IMG/VR virus record: IMGVR_UViG_3300025030_000046 | Span: 75,240 to 139,239 of that record | Source: a virus | Reading direction: 5' to 3' (one strand) | DNA length: 64,000 bases | Shown here: piece after piece, positions 1 through 10,994 of the stretch | How the letters are laid out: each line of letters starts with the position of its first letter | Numbering within the stretch: the first letter of the stretch is position 1 | Made by a program: the position numbers and the translations under genes | The notes under the pieces: generated by a model | What the model was told of the DNA's origin: nothing | The model's database searches: none | The model's input: only the letters and a program-made list of their open reading frames with translations

Positions 1-151
1 TGCTCCATATCCCTGCTTATATCAATGAAATTTAATACCTTTTCAAACTCTACCGCTTCAAGTTCTTTTACTGCTATTTTCGCCAGTTCTGTATTTGATA
101 CTATCATTTTTATTCGCCTCCATTTATACAATTTTACTCAAAATACGGATT

Positions 152-637
152 TTATTTGTTTATTGAAATATTATAACCTTGTTTTGTTATGTCGGAAATT
201 AATTCTTTAACTTTTACGCTTAAAATTTGCTCAATTGCTCTTTGCATATGATTAATAAAAAATTCTAGTGGATTTTCTGAATTAAATAATCTTTCTTGTG
301 TTAAAGGAAGTTCAAAGTATTCTAACATTCTATCTTTTATTTCATATGAGTATACTATAATTCCGTTAAATTCTCTTTCTTCTCCGTCAAGTTCCCAGCT
401 TATTAACTTATTAATATCATAGTTGTTATTATCACTAAAAAGTATGTCTAATTCGGGATATTTTAAAATCAATCTACTACAATCATTAGTGTTATACAAG
501 AATAAATCTTCTTTAAACAACTTAAAATTTTCATCTTCTACTATTTTATCAATGTAACTGTTAATTTCATCTTCGGAGAATTTCTTTGTACAATGCAATA
601 TATCTCCTATCATTTCAGGTACTAAAAATTTTATCAT
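152..637 (-). CDS. hypothetical phage protein
   Basis: 161-aa ORF with AGGAGG RBS upstream. Confidence 0.7.
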   Translation of the reverse strand: MIKFLVPEMIGDILHCTKKFSEDEINSYIDKIVEDENFKLFKEDLFLYNTNDCSRLILKYPELDILFSDNNNYDINKLISWELDGEEREFNGIIVYSYEIKDRMLEYFELPLTQERLFNSENPLEFFINHMQRAIEQILSVKVKELISDITKQGYNISINK

Positions 638-701
638 TTTTTTTATTCCTCCTTAAATTTTGTCCAAATGCTGATTTTAATTGAATCCCGATATATCCCT
701 G

Positions 702-1304
702 TTATATAAATTCTACAACTTCTTCCATATAATATCCATCTGCAATTAATTCGCCATCATTATAAGTCACTAAGCTGTTATATTGATTTCTAGGCGTTCC
801 GTCACTATTTCTTATATTAATAAGATTATAATATTTTCCGTCAATCCATTTTCCATGCGCTCCACTGTTGCGATCACTTTGGTTTAATGGTATATTCGTT
901 AACTTAATTTCATTCTCTTTTTTCTGTATTCTTTGTATATCTTTTACATCATAACCTTTATTAATTGAGTTAATCCAAACTATTCCACCATCAATTAATT
1001 CTGCTCCTGTTGAAGCTTTACCTGCTTGATAAGCCCTATTTACGGCAGACATTACAAGACCATACTCTCTACCTGTTAAACAATCCACTAATTCTTTACC
1101 AACTAATTTTTTAATGTGCGACATTGTTTCTATGCCTTTGTGACCGTCGAAATTAGCCAATATTCTATCTTCTTTTGTGCCCTTCCTGCTGCTCTTGTTA
1201 TCTGTTATAGGATTATTTGCACAATCTAAACCATAATTTACAAGCGAACACGTTGAGCAATCGTTATTATTTTGTGTACAATATGATTTTTTCATATTCC
1301 GCAC
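702..1304 (-). CDS. hypothetical protein with N-terminal Cys cluster (CTQNNNDCSTCSLVNYGLDC)
   Basis: 200-aa ORF with GAGGTG RBS. Confidence 0.7.
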   Translation of the reverse strand: MRNMKKSYCTQNNNDCSTCSLVNYGLDCANNPITDNKSSRKGTKEDRILANFDGHKGIETMSHIKKLVGKELVDCLTGREYGLVMSAVNRAYQAGKASTGAELIDGGIVWINSINKGYDVKDIQRIQKKENEIKLTNIPLNQSDRNSGAHGKWIDGKYYNLINIRNSDGTPRNQYNSLVTYNDGELIADGYYMEEVVEFI

Positions 1305-1509
1305 CTCTTAATATTATTCGGCACTTATTCCCCACCGTTGGTTCAGGTATGCTCTTTTAATTGTCATACCTAACAATTTTCTGTCATACCTATATAGTAA
1401 TCTGTTATAACTTATTATTCAATATATTTTACTTACTTTACCAGTCTACTATTATTATATACAATTGTCAATAAATTATTACTATTATTTTATATTTTAT
1501 TTTATTGTT

Positions 1510-1776
1510 TTAATATTGCTCTACTAATTGTGCTATATTGATATTTAGTACATCGACAAGTCTTAAAGCTATCTCAAACGCTATAGAGTGTCGTTTTTTA
1601 AACTGTCTATACTCATATAATGTTATTAGCTTTATACCTGCTTTTTCTGCAATTTCTGGAATTTCTAGCCCTGACATATCAATATATTTAACTATATTTT
1701 TTCTGATTATTGTAGGATCAGTGTTATTGTAGTCTGTTATGAGTTGTATTAGTTCCTTTTGGTCTTGTATGCTCAT
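1510..1776 (-). CDS. XRE-family helix-turn-helix regulator
   Basis: EIAEKAGIKLITLYEY and ALRLVDVLNINIAQLV HTH pattern; AAGGAG RBS. Confidence 0.75.
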   Translation of the reverse strand: MSIQDQKELIQLITDYNNTDPTIIRKNIVKYIDMSGLEIPEIAEKAGIKLITLYEYRQFKKRHSIAFEIALRLVDVLNINIAQLVEQY

Positions 1777-1820
1777 TGTATTTTCTCCTTTCCTTGCGGT
1801 ATTTTTGACGGTCTGTTATA

Positions 1821-2054
1821 TTAATATCCTGTTGCAAGTCTGAAGTTCTTTCTTTGTATTATATTCTGTTCGTAATAATAGTCACTTTCTGTTATCTCAT
1901 TAATATCATAATTGTTTTCCCTTGCTTCAATTTCTGCAATTATAGAATCTTTTTCCGATTCTTTACAGTAGTAAAAATCTGCTCCAACACTCCTATTATT
2001 GATTTTTGTATTACATTCTAATTCCATGATCTGATAATATTTATTATTTTCCAT
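1821..2054 (-). CDS. hypothetical protein
   Basis: 77-aa ORF in leftward operon. Confidence 0.6.
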   Translation of the reverse strand: MENNKYYQIMELECNTKINNRSVGADFYYCKESEKDSIIAEIEARENNYDINEITESDYYYEQNIIQRKNFRLATGY

Positions 2055-2058
2055 TTTA

Positions 2059-2523
2059 TCACCATCCTAATTCAATAGTATATCTATTGCCTATTAATAA
2101 ATCCACTGCTTTTTTCTTGCTTCTGTATAGCCTTGCCGTTATACCATTCTTAAACTTTTTATATACTGTTAGTTTATAATGTCCATTTACCACTATTTTT
2201 TGACCTTCTACAATCGTGTTATAAATATCTTCAGTAAATATTGGAACACTTTGTTCTTTTTCAATTTGTCTTTGTATCTTTTCTTTTAGTTGTGGATAAT
2301 CTTTTAATATATTTTCATCAACTATTATATTATTTCTTAATGCTCTTTCTATTTGTTCCTTATGAAAACATTCAAATTCTATTTTGTCGCCTTCTCCATG
2401 ATATGATTGAGTGTTATATTGATTAAATGATTTATAATGATCAATCATAATATCAACCCATTCTTGTTTTGTTACTTCGTGTACTTCTTTCCCGCTCTTT
2501 TCAAATTCATCTAATAATGACAT
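2059..2523 (-). CDS. hypothetical protein
   Basis: 154-aa ORF, GGAGG RBS. Confidence 0.7.
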   Translation of the reverse strand: MSLLDEFEKSGKEVHEVTKQEWVDIMIDHYKSFNQYNTQSYHGEGDKIEFECFHKEQIERALRNNIIVDENILKDYPQLKEKIQRQIEKEQSVPIFTEDIYNTIVEGQKIVVNGHYKLTVYKKFKNGITARLYRSKKKAVDLLIGNRYTIELGW

Positions 2524-2597
2524 TTTTATTCCTCCAATACTTTTATATTTCTGTTATAAATTTAAATTAAATCATGGTTTTATCGTATTCTACCAAG

Positions 2598-2792
2598 TTA
2601 TCTAATAATTTCATTTTTATTAATAATAAAATGATCAACTTCTTCAGGTGTGAAATATTTATTCATTTCATTAATTGCATTGTAAATTTCATCCATTGGT
2701 AAAAATTCATATTCGCTTAATTTGGCTTCTGATTCTTGGTGAGCCTTACTAAGTTTTAAATAGTTTATTAATGCCTTTTCTTTCTCATCCAT
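2598..2792 (-). CDS. hypothetical protein
   Basis: 64-aa ORF, GGAGG RBS. Confidence 0.6.
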   Translation of the reverse strand: MDEKEKALINYLKLSKAHQESEAKLSEYEFLPMDEIYNAINEMNKYFTPEEVDHFIINKNEIIR

Positions 2793-2869
2793 ATTAAAAC
2801 CTCCATGTATTATATTTTGGTTTGTGTTATACCTTAAAATTGGATTTTTATCTTGTTATGCTTGTCTTT

Positions 2870-3064
2870 TTAATACCATTTAGTAAGACTTTCCATATAT
2901 TGTGGCGTATCAATTCTTTTATCAATTTTCCTAATATCTTTATAATTTTCTACAATTTCAAAATCATTAAAGTTTTTTAGTACTATTTGTAAATCTATAT
3001 TGTCAATATGTCTAATTTCAATAACTTTATTTGTGTTAGTATATATAATTGTTGTCATTTTCAA
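2870..3064 (-). CDS. hypothetical protein
   Basis: 64-aa ORF, GGAGGTG RBS. Confidence 0.6.
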   Translation of the reverse strand: MKMTTIIYTNTNKVIEIRHIDNIDLQIVLKNFNDFEIVENYKDIRKIDKRIDTPQYMESLTKWY

Positions 3065-3104
3065 TCCACCTCCTGTTATAGTCTAATATGAAATAGTAGT
3101 TTTA

Positions 3105-3281
3105 TTATGATTTCTTTGTCTCAATACAGTTAAAACAATAAGTTTCTTTTCCTGATTTTATTTTCCATCCTTGTTCTTTCGCCCATTTAATCATTCTTGC
3201 TTTACTTAAATCCATTCCAGTAGTATCTGATAATTGCCGATCACAATTATTGCAGGATATGTCAATCCACTTTTGTATCAT
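3105..3281 (-). CDS. small zinc-finger protein (CNNC...GW...CFNC), 58 aa, absent from ORF track
   Basis: Manual translation MIQKWIDISCNNCDRQ...KEQGWKIKSGKETYCFNCIETKKS; AGGAGG RBS. Confidence 0.65.
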   Translation of the reverse strand: MIQKWIDISCNNCDRQLSDTTGMDLSKARMIKWAKEQGWKIKSGKETYCFNCIETKKS

Positions 3282-3452
3282 TTTTACGCCTCCTATTTAC
3301 TAATAACATTTTGAATACGTTCTTTAATTGTTTTTAACCTATGTTGTTCTGTAAATTCTTCATTATCAATTATATTAATAACGTCTTTTAATTCTCTTTC
3401 TAATTGTTCGATTTTAAAAAGTATTTCATTAATATTTGTCATTTTTTTCCTC

Positions 3453-3758
3453 CTATATATTCATATCTTTTTTAATTACATTATTAAAATGTTTCTTTAA
3501 ATAATTATACATTTTCTTCTGTTCAGCTTTTAGTAAATCAATATCCTTTGTTGTAGCATCTTCTTTTCCAAATCCTTCAGAGTATATATTATTGTTACAA
3601 TTATCGTATATTTCTATATAATTATTAATTACTTCTTCTCCTTCTTCTAATTCGGCGTGATATGTTCCATCACCATGCCACAATATTAATATAACTTGAA
3701 AATCCTGTATTTTCTTAGTTGCCTCAAGTATTCGCTTTTTAATCTCTAAACTTTGCAT
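3453..3758 (-). CDS. hypothetical protein
   Basis: 101-aa ORF, GGAGG RBS. Confidence 0.6.
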   Translation of the reverse strand: MQSLEIKKRILEATKKIQDFQVILILWHGDGTYHAELEEGEEVINNYIEIYDNCNNNIYSEGFGKEDATTKDIDLLKAEQKKMYNYLKKHFNNVIKKDMNI

Positions 3759-3812
3759 ACTCGCCCGCCCTCCTGTATCAAATAACCATTTTAACGTAAT
3801 TATTCTATCATT

Positions 3813-5402
3813 TTAAGCCAACATTAACAACTTTGAAGCCTCTACTATATAATAATCTTTGTTGTTCATTACTTTGTTATATGATTGTTCCCCTTCAAAT
3901 TCATCAACTATTATTCTTTCTTCCTTTGTCATATCTTTATATTTTACATTTCCATAACATGGAGGCAGCCATCCCTTACGTTGTGAACCATACAAATTAA
4001 ACTTCTGTAATAAATCTAAGTTTCTAAATTCAATATGACATGTTCCCTTTTTATAAAACGTCACTAAAAAGTATTTAGTTTCAATTTGTTTTGTTTCCTC
4101 ATAATGTTCTGCAAATTTTAAAGTTTTCATCAAGTCAATATCTTCTGTTAATCCATTATCAAGATAATTAAATACTTTTTCAATGTCTGTTAGTTTATTA
4201 ATAACATTGTAATCCGTTGGCTGATACCTTCCCCATGAATACTGCATATCCCTATAGCCCGATAAAGGAATAATTACTTTTTTGTTTATTTTCCATGCTT
4301 TATTTGTTTTCCATCCGTTATAAAAATGAATATTGTTTGATGTTTCATTATACCAATGATGTTTATTAGAAAATTCCTCAAATAAGTTCATTATAGTTGA
4401 TTCCATACTTTGAATCATGTGTTTATTAAGTTGTATTTTAATAGTGTAAATGTTATATAGTGAAAAATCATAATCGCATAATTCTTTTACTTTATTGAAA
4501 TATTCATTTCTTAAATTAGACGTAAACAAGCCCATAAACTTCTCAGAATCAAACAAAGTTTTCCAATATTTCATTCTAACATTTTTTACATATGAATTAT
4601 GTATTCCAAGTTCTTGATCGTCTTTTGTATTACAAATCATACTTAAAGAAATTCCCTTGAACATTTCAGAATCTAATTTTCGCCATTCTGATATCAATTG
4701 TAATCCTGCTTTTACTTCAAAATTATATTGCTCAACTATTGCCTTGATAAAATCTGAATCTATAATACTATTACTGTTATATGTTGCTTCCTCTCTATAT
4801 TGTTCTTGTTTTTTCAGTTCATCTAATATTATGCTATTATTATTCACCTTTTTAATATTAATCTTTATTAATGCAATTTCTACAGGTGTTGACCGCTCAG
4901 AGTCTATAAAAGAATTATTAATATATTCTATATCTGCATTACACTCTTCTAATTTTCGCTGTAAATCTTTTCTAGTGCTGTTATATGGATTTTTTAAGGT
5001 TTCAGCATTTAATAAGCAAACTATTTGACCGCCATTTTCCTGCATTTTTAGGGCTTTTAGAAGGTGTTTATCTCCATTGCTGAAAGGTGGATTCATTACA
5101 ATTAAATCATATTTTTTGTACGTGTTATATGTCAAAAAATCATTGTGTACTATTCTATAGTTTTTCCCTTGTAAAATGTATTGTAAATTTTGATCAATTT
5201 CTATTGTGTCAATATCCCACTTTACATCCTTATTATAACTACTATGTAAATATTTAAATTTATCCGCTACCCTTTCAACAATATTCCCTTTTCCCGCTGA
5301 TGGCTCAAGAACCGAATTTATTAATCTAAAATCTACTAAAGATAACATTTTAGTTATTAAATTTGCAGGCGTTGGATAAAAATCTTGATTATCTTTAAAC
5401 AT
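3813..5402 (-). CDS. N6-adenine DNA methyltransferase with DUF4942-like C-terminal domain
   Basis: DFYPTP, VLEPSAGKG (motif I), VMNPPF (motif IV), C-terminal YFLVTFYKKGTCHIEF. Confidence 0.85.
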   Translation of the reverse strand: MFKDNQDFYPTPANLITKMLSLVDFRLINSVLEPSAGKGNIVERVADKFKYLHSSYNKDVKWDIDTIEIDQNLQYILQGKNYRIVHNDFLTYNTYKKYDLIVMNPPFSNGDKHLLKALKMQENGGQIVCLLNAETLKNPYNSTRKDLQRKLEECNADIEYINNSFIDSERSTPVEIALIKINIKKVNNNSIILDELKKQEQYREEATYNSNSIIDSDFIKAIVEQYNFEVKAGLQLISEWRKLDSEMFKGISLSMICNTKDDQELGIHNSYVKNVRMKYWKTLFDSEKFMGLFTSNLRNEYFNKVKELCDYDFSLYNIYTIKIQLNKHMIQSMESTIMNLFEEFSNKHHWYNETSNNIHFYNGWKTNKAWKINKKVIIPLSGYRDMQYSWGRYQPTDYNVINKLTDIEKVFNYLDNGLTEDIDLMKTLKFAEHYEETKQIETKYFLVTFYKKGTCHIEFRNLDLLQKFNLYGSQRKGWLPPCYGNVKYKDMTKEERIIVDEFEGEQSYNKVMNNKDYYIVEASKLLMLA

Positions 5403-5491
5403 TTTTTAAACCTCCTGTAGTGGTTTTTTTAGCTTCTGTTATATCTCTTAAAGGTTTTTTATTGCAGAACCTTTATAAACTGCCTGTTATA

Positions 5492-7441
5492 TTAAAATGA
5501 AGGTTTATAAGTATTTACAACTGGCTTAATTCCTTGTGATCCAAAATGATTCAATATATCATCATATTGTTTCTTGTCACAACTTAAATATTTTGTTGTT
5601 GATATTGTCATTCCATTTCTTGATTCTACATCATGTAATACAGTTTCAGGAAGTTCAAGCCATCCGCTATATACTAAAAGCGTACTATAAAAATGATTGT
5701 AATATTGTTTTCGCTTCCCTTGTGGCGTGTAAGTTATTTTTACAGCATTATCGTATTGTGCATATTTTGTATAATTAATTTTATCTAATGTAATTCTATT
5801 TTCTGCAATACTTCCCCAATCTGATATGTAAAATAATGTTAGCTTTTGACCTTGTTGCAAATCTGCATTTTTAAATTGTTCTTGGATTCCGTCAACCTGT
5901 GTTAATAATTTATACATTACAATTTTTAAACTTTCGTTATCTTCTGTTATTTGTTGTATAATTTCTTTTGATAATTTTATATTATATTTTTTTAATTGTT
6001 CTTTCATAAGTTCTTTATATTGTGTCAAGTTGTCAGTATTCCAAGTATTTATAAGGTTATTCTCTGTTATAATATCCACTGAAATATCTGTTAATACTTC
6101 AGCTTTATTTTTATATTCTTGTATTTGTTCGCCTGTTAAACCCTGTTCTGTTATAAATTCTTTTTGAATTGTTACATTGTCAGTTAATCCAACATATCTG
6201 GCGTAAGAATAGCCTTGAGTATCTACAACGAATTTTAATTCATTATTATAATATATTGCTATGCCTGATAAGTTGAATATAACCGTTTTTTGTTCTTCTT
6301 TGGTCATGTTGTGATAGTCTATCATACTATTAATTCGTTTATCATCCGTAAAACATCCGCCGCTATTTTGTAAAAATTCAAAGTCATTCAATAACATATT
6401 TGAAAAATAGTTTAATGCTTGTTGACTTGTAAAATGTATTTCCCTAGTGACTTTTAAATTATTTAAGTAGTAATCACCTTTTAAAACTTCTTCTTGATAT
6501 TGTTCTAGCGTATTATTTTTATTTAAATTCGCCATTTTAACATTAATAACAAAATATTGCTTTTTTTCTTCCAGTTCATTAACTGTTATGCTATTATTAA
6601 TTATTTCAATTTCTTTCTTTTCTTGTTCCGCTCTTATTTTATACTGCTTATTGTCTTCTTCTTGTTGTTTTTGTCTTTCTTGATATTCTAATTCCCTTCT
6701 TTTTTCCTCTTCTTGTGCTTGTGCTTGTAGTTTGTTTCTGAAGTCTGTTATATCATTTTTTATTGATTCGGTTTGTTCGGTTTGATTATATTTATAATCA
6801 ATTGTAACATGTTTATAAAAATGCTTATGGAAATAATCCGTCATTGTGTCCGAGTCATCAAAATTATAACTACTTAATAAATCATTACAATATTGAATTA
6901 TTGCATTTAGTTCTTTGTTGTTTTCTTCTTCGTAATCTCTATATTCAATCGGTCTTAATTCTGGTGAATATTCAAGTTTAGAATTATTATATGGACTTTC
7001 TTTAATTGATACATCAATTTTATTATAATCTGAAGTAATAGAAAATTTAATTTCTTGAAATCTTTCTTTTAAATGTTTTCTAATAATTACAGCCGTTTCT
7101 TTTGTAGAAATTCCAGTGTAATTACTTCCAACATATTTATAATTATATTTTGTTGTGTCTTCCGTTCCTTCTGTAAATCGTACTCTATCCCATAGAGATA
7201 AATTTATTTTTTCTTTCTTTACTACTGGAATTATTGATTCTGTTATTGATTCCGCTTCAATTTTTGAAAACTTTTTCGCCTCTGTTAATGTTCTTTCGTT
7301 CTGTTTTGCATACCAACATTTTTTAAAATTATGCCACCTATAACCAACATTTTTTAAACTATCAATAATATTTTGTATCGGTTTACTATCAAAATATAAT
7401 TCTATTCCTTTCAATTCATCATTTAATACTATATTAGTCAT
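5492..7441 (-). CDS. multidomain protein with LPD29-like (large polyvalent protein-associated) domain
   Basis: N-terminal GIELYFDSKP...GYRWHNFKKCWYAK; IRKHLKERFQEIKFSITS and SYNFDDSDTMTDYF motifs. Confidence 0.65.
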   Translation of the reverse strand: MTNIVLNDELKGIELYFDSKPIQNIIDSLKNVGYRWHNFKKCWYAKQNERTLTEAKKFSKIEAESITESIIPVVKKEKINLSLWDRVRFTEGTEDTTKYNYKYVGSNYTGISTKETAVIIRKHLKERFQEIKFSITSDYNKIDVSIKESPYNNSKLEYSPELRPIEYRDYEEENNKELNAIIQYCNDLLSSYNFDDSDTMTDYFHKHFYKHVTIDYKYNQTEQTESIKNDITDFRNKLQAQAQEEEKRRELEYQERQKQQEEDNKQYKIRAEQEKKEIEIINNSITVNELEEKKQYFVINVKMANLNKNNTLEQYQEEVLKGDYYLNNLKVTREIHFTSQQALNYFSNMLLNDFEFLQNSGGCFTDDKRINSMIDYHNMTKEEQKTVIFNLSGIAIYYNNELKFVVDTQGYSYARYVGLTDNVTIQKEFITEQGLTGEQIQEYKNKAEVLTDISVDIITENNLINTWNTDNLTQYKELMKEQLKKYNIKLSKEIIQQITEDNESLKIVMYKLLTQVDGIQEQFKNADLQQGQKLTLFYISDWGSIAENRITLDKINYTKYAQYDNAVKITYTPQGKRKQYYNHFYSTLLVYSGWLELPETVLHDVESRNGMTISTTKYLSCDKKQYDDILNHFGSQGIKPVVNTYKPSF

Positions 7442-7456
7442 TTCAAACGCCTCCGT

Positions 7457-7645
7457 TTATTTTAAAACATTTCTAATTATTGCAGCCCTTTGCCAAGTTA
7501 GTTTATTTTTCATCCATAAATAGAATGTTATGTAGTCTATTCCTATTTTTTCAGCAACTTGAAACCATGTTAAATTTTTTAGCTTTATTTCTTTTTCAAT
7601 TTCATTATTTGGATACATTTTATTACCTCCTAAAATCCATATCAA
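7457..7645 (-). CDS. small HTH protein (probable start at MYPNN)
   Basis: TWFQVAEKIGIDYITFYLW HTH-like; GGAGG RBS precedes the internal ATG. Confidence 0.6.
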   Translation of the reverse strand: MIWILGGNKMYPNNEIEKEIKLKNLTWFQVAEKIGIDYITFYLWMKNKLTWQRAAIIRNVLK

Positions 7646-7647
7646 AG

Positions 7648-7899
7648 TTATATTTTATTAAAAATTGGATATTTTTGTTCAATTACATTGCTGAGTATTT
7701 TTGAATATTTCGCATTGTGGAAAATTGCTGTGCATACTGTTATAAACCTTGCTTGATTTTCTGAAAATGCATTACCATTGTTTAATTTGTTATCAAATAA
7801 ACTTGATAACCACACTTTATTTGAATCAATTCTTGTATATTTCTCTTTTTTAGGTAGTAATAAATGCCAGTTATTTTTGATTACGTCCGAATAAACCAT
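7648..7899 (-). CDS. hypothetical protein
   Basis: 83-aa ORF with RBS. Confidence 0.55.
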   Translation of the reverse strand: MVYSDVIKNNWHLLLPKKEKYTRIDSNKVWLSSLFDNKLNNGNAFSENQARFITVCTAIFHNAKYSKILSNVIEQKYPIFNKI

Positions 7900-7929
7900 T
7901 TTTTCCCCACTCTCCTTATCTGTTATTTG

Positions 7930-8577
7930 TTATACTGCTAATAATTCATTTAATATTTTTAGATCTGAATTATCCCAATTTAGCTCGATATGGTTTAATA
8001 TATATGGTTTGTATGTTTCAATATTATTCTTAATTGTATCAAGATAACCGCTATTATTTTGTCGTGGGATAATTCTATTTTCATTTATAAAAAACATATC
8101 AAATAAGTTGTAAATAACCGCTATACCATCATTATTATATTTTGTTTGTATTTCTTTTTTAATAGATTCTATTTTATCCCTATATGTTTTTATTTCTTCT
8201 TGTTTTTTGGTTTCTTCTTGTTGCTTTATGCCTCTGTTATAGTAAATCTCAATTGTAGTTGTGTTCATGTTAATAAAAAATTTATCAAGAAATAATTTTT
8301 TCCAATATATGTCGCAAGTTTCGTTATGCAAATAAAATAATATTTTTTCAACATAATTTACTATAGATACATATTCCTTTTTATCATACGCCATATGTAT
8401 ATTATTAGCCTCATATATAATACTATTATTGTCTGTATTTACTATTTTAATATCTGTTATAATGTCATATGTTTCATTTAATGTACTGTTATATTCTGCA
8501 ACTTTTGCAATAATTCTATAATTATATTCCTCATATATCCCTATAAATTTATTATCATGCAATGTTTTAGTAATCAT
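7930..8577 (-). CDS. hypothetical protein
   Basis: 215-aa ORF, AAGGAG RBS. Confidence 0.65.
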   Translation of the reverse strand: MITKTLHDNKFIGIYEEYNYRIIAKVAEYNSTLNETYDIITDIKIVNTDNNSIIYEANNIHMAYDKKEYVSIVNYVEKILFYLHNETCDIYWKKLFLDKFFINMNTTTIEIYYNRGIKQQEETKKQEEIKTYRDKIESIKKEIQTKYNNDGIAVIYNLFDMFFINENRIIPRQNNSGYLDTIKNNIETYKPYILNHIELNWDNSDLKILNELLAV

Positions 8578-9046
8578 ATTGATAAAATCTCCTTTTCATC
8601 AAATTTGTTATACTGCAAAGAATAAATACGACCTGTTATACTATATTATATGTTTTATATTTTGCTTTTATAACTGCCAGAAATTTCTATTTGTTAAATA
8701 TAAACATATAATATTAATTAATATTGATTCTATAAAAATATATGCTATAATATTCTTGAATACTTTTAAAAGCTTTTTGCTTTTTGGCTTGTTATAATTT
8801 ACAGGATTATAGCAAGTTTTTTCTATTAATGCATATATAGTCATTAGTTTTTTATTCTCCTTTCGTTGGTATCTTTTTACGGCTTGTGTGGTTTATTCCT
8901 TGCAATTTTTACGTTCTATGGATTGCATAATTTTATATTTTGCTTTATGCAATCTAACAACATAAAAATGTAATTTTATACACATTCGCCAGACTCAAGT
9001 ATATCAAATCCAGTTTCTACCATAAAATTGCTTCTGCTCTTTAAAA

Positions 9047-9262
9047 TTATTTATTTATTAAAAAAATTGCAGTATCCTTTACTTCAAATTCATAATTAAA
9101 AATTACATTATTCTTATAATTAATAACAAAAGTAGCCATTTTACCATAATAACTTTTTATGGAACTAGCTGGAATTTTATAGCCCTTATTAATTGCAAAT
9201 TGTATCATATTGTCATTAATGCAATTTATGTGTAATTTTTTTGACACCATTAATTCAGTCAT
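9047..9262 (-). CDS. hypothetical protein
   Basis: 71-aa ORF, GGAGG RBS. Confidence 0.6.
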   Translation of the reverse strand: MTELMVSKKLHINCINDNMIQFAINKGYKIPASSIKSYYGKMATFVINYKNNVIFNYEFEVKDTAIFLINK

Positions 9263-9821
9263 TTTTCATTCCTCCAATTATTTAATATAAAATGTCAATT
9301 TGATTATGTATTACTTAACCTTATAACTAATTATAACATAGCTATTTTAATATTGCAATACTAATTTTATATTTTATATCTATAATATTAATATGCAATT
9401 GATTGATATATTATTCATATTAATTCATTTAATACAATGGTATTTGGAGGCTGTGAGAGGCTTATGGTTAGACTTTTATTGTGTTTATAGTTAAGTATGT
9501 ATCTATTGCATATTTATTGATTTATAATAGTGTTTTTAAGGGATAAATTTTACCAGTTATTAATTGTTAACTTTATATTAACTATATATTGATTATATGA
9601 GATTCTTAATATTATAGTCGTTGTATATTAAAGGAATGGAATATTCCAGAATGTGAATGTATTCTAATTATTTAGTTATGATAATATAACTATTATATTT
9701 ATATAAGTATTAGAAAACAGTTGGCAAAAATGATAGTTTAGGCAATAAAGTTATTCGCTGAAGAGTCTTTGAAAGTGTAAAGCTTAATAGCTTGACATAT
9801 AAATTGGCGATTAATTCAGCA

Positions 9822-9835
9822 CGAACATGTGTTTC
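9822..9835. promoter_or_regulatory. putative Firmicute LexA (SOS/Cheo) box
   Basis: CGAACATGTGTTTC matches CGAACRNRYGTTYC; TTGACA at 9792 nearby. Confidence 0.5.
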
Positions 9836-10994
9836 ATATTAATTATATTAATATCGTTATTAATTTTATTAATTTTTAGTTTATATTTATTGATTTATTT
9901 AAGTTGTATATTAATATTGTTAATGTTTGTATTGATTATATTAATAATGGTTATGTTTTCATAACTATATTTTAGGAAGTGTTCATCAAAATTTCCCTTG
10001 TTATGCCGAATTTATCGTTTATCGATATATTACATTATCTTAATATGTTTATGATAATAGCAGATTGAGCATACAAACAATTGCCAATAATTCCCATGTA
10101 TAAATATTCAGCAAATTGCATATACTAATATATTAATAATATCTAAGTTGTTTCAATTCCTCACACAATTCATTCTATTAATACCAATGTTTGCTACAAG
10201 TGTATTTGTAGACAACTTTTAAAAGCCTTGATGCTGTAAGGTGGGCGGGTAGTTTACATCAAAAACACTTTTATTTCCAGCAGATTCCAGCCAAGCACAT
10301 CTCCCCACACACTCAACTCAAATTTCCAATTATATTCCTCCAAAATAATTTTCAAATTATCCTAAAAATAAATTTACCAATTTAAATTTTCAACTAATTC
10401 AATTTATACCCTAAAATCCACCTTTTTTACTCGTAACCTCTATCGATAAAACTCACTCATACCAATACTTACAGCCATTTCAAAATACACTAAAAACGCC
10501 TATTTTATATTTAATCCACCTAAAACCCTACTCCCACACTACCTGAACGATATCACCACATTTTTCATATATTTATCTATTATTGGTGAATTAATTTTAG
10601 CTAAAAATCACCTTCAACCGCTACAGTATCTAAGCTTATATACTTATTTAATAAATTTTTGACGATAGGCAAAAAAATGCCCACACTATAATCTATTTCT
10701 AAATTATAATATGGGCTTGGATTTGGATTGGGAGGTTTATTATTTTGTGGAGAATTAAATTAGCAAATATTTAATAATAAAAAATAACCTACAAATTTCC
10801 AATAAGTAGGCTAAGATTTGCAACAGTTTTTGGTGATTTAATTTTATATTTTATGTCTAAAATACTATTCTTCTCTATATAATTTTTCTTTTAAGGGGTA
10901 CATACCTCAAACCCTTGGTATCACTAGGTTTGATTTTCGATTTAGAACATCCGATGTGCTAAACTTTATTTTTAGCCATTTATAACTATAGTTT

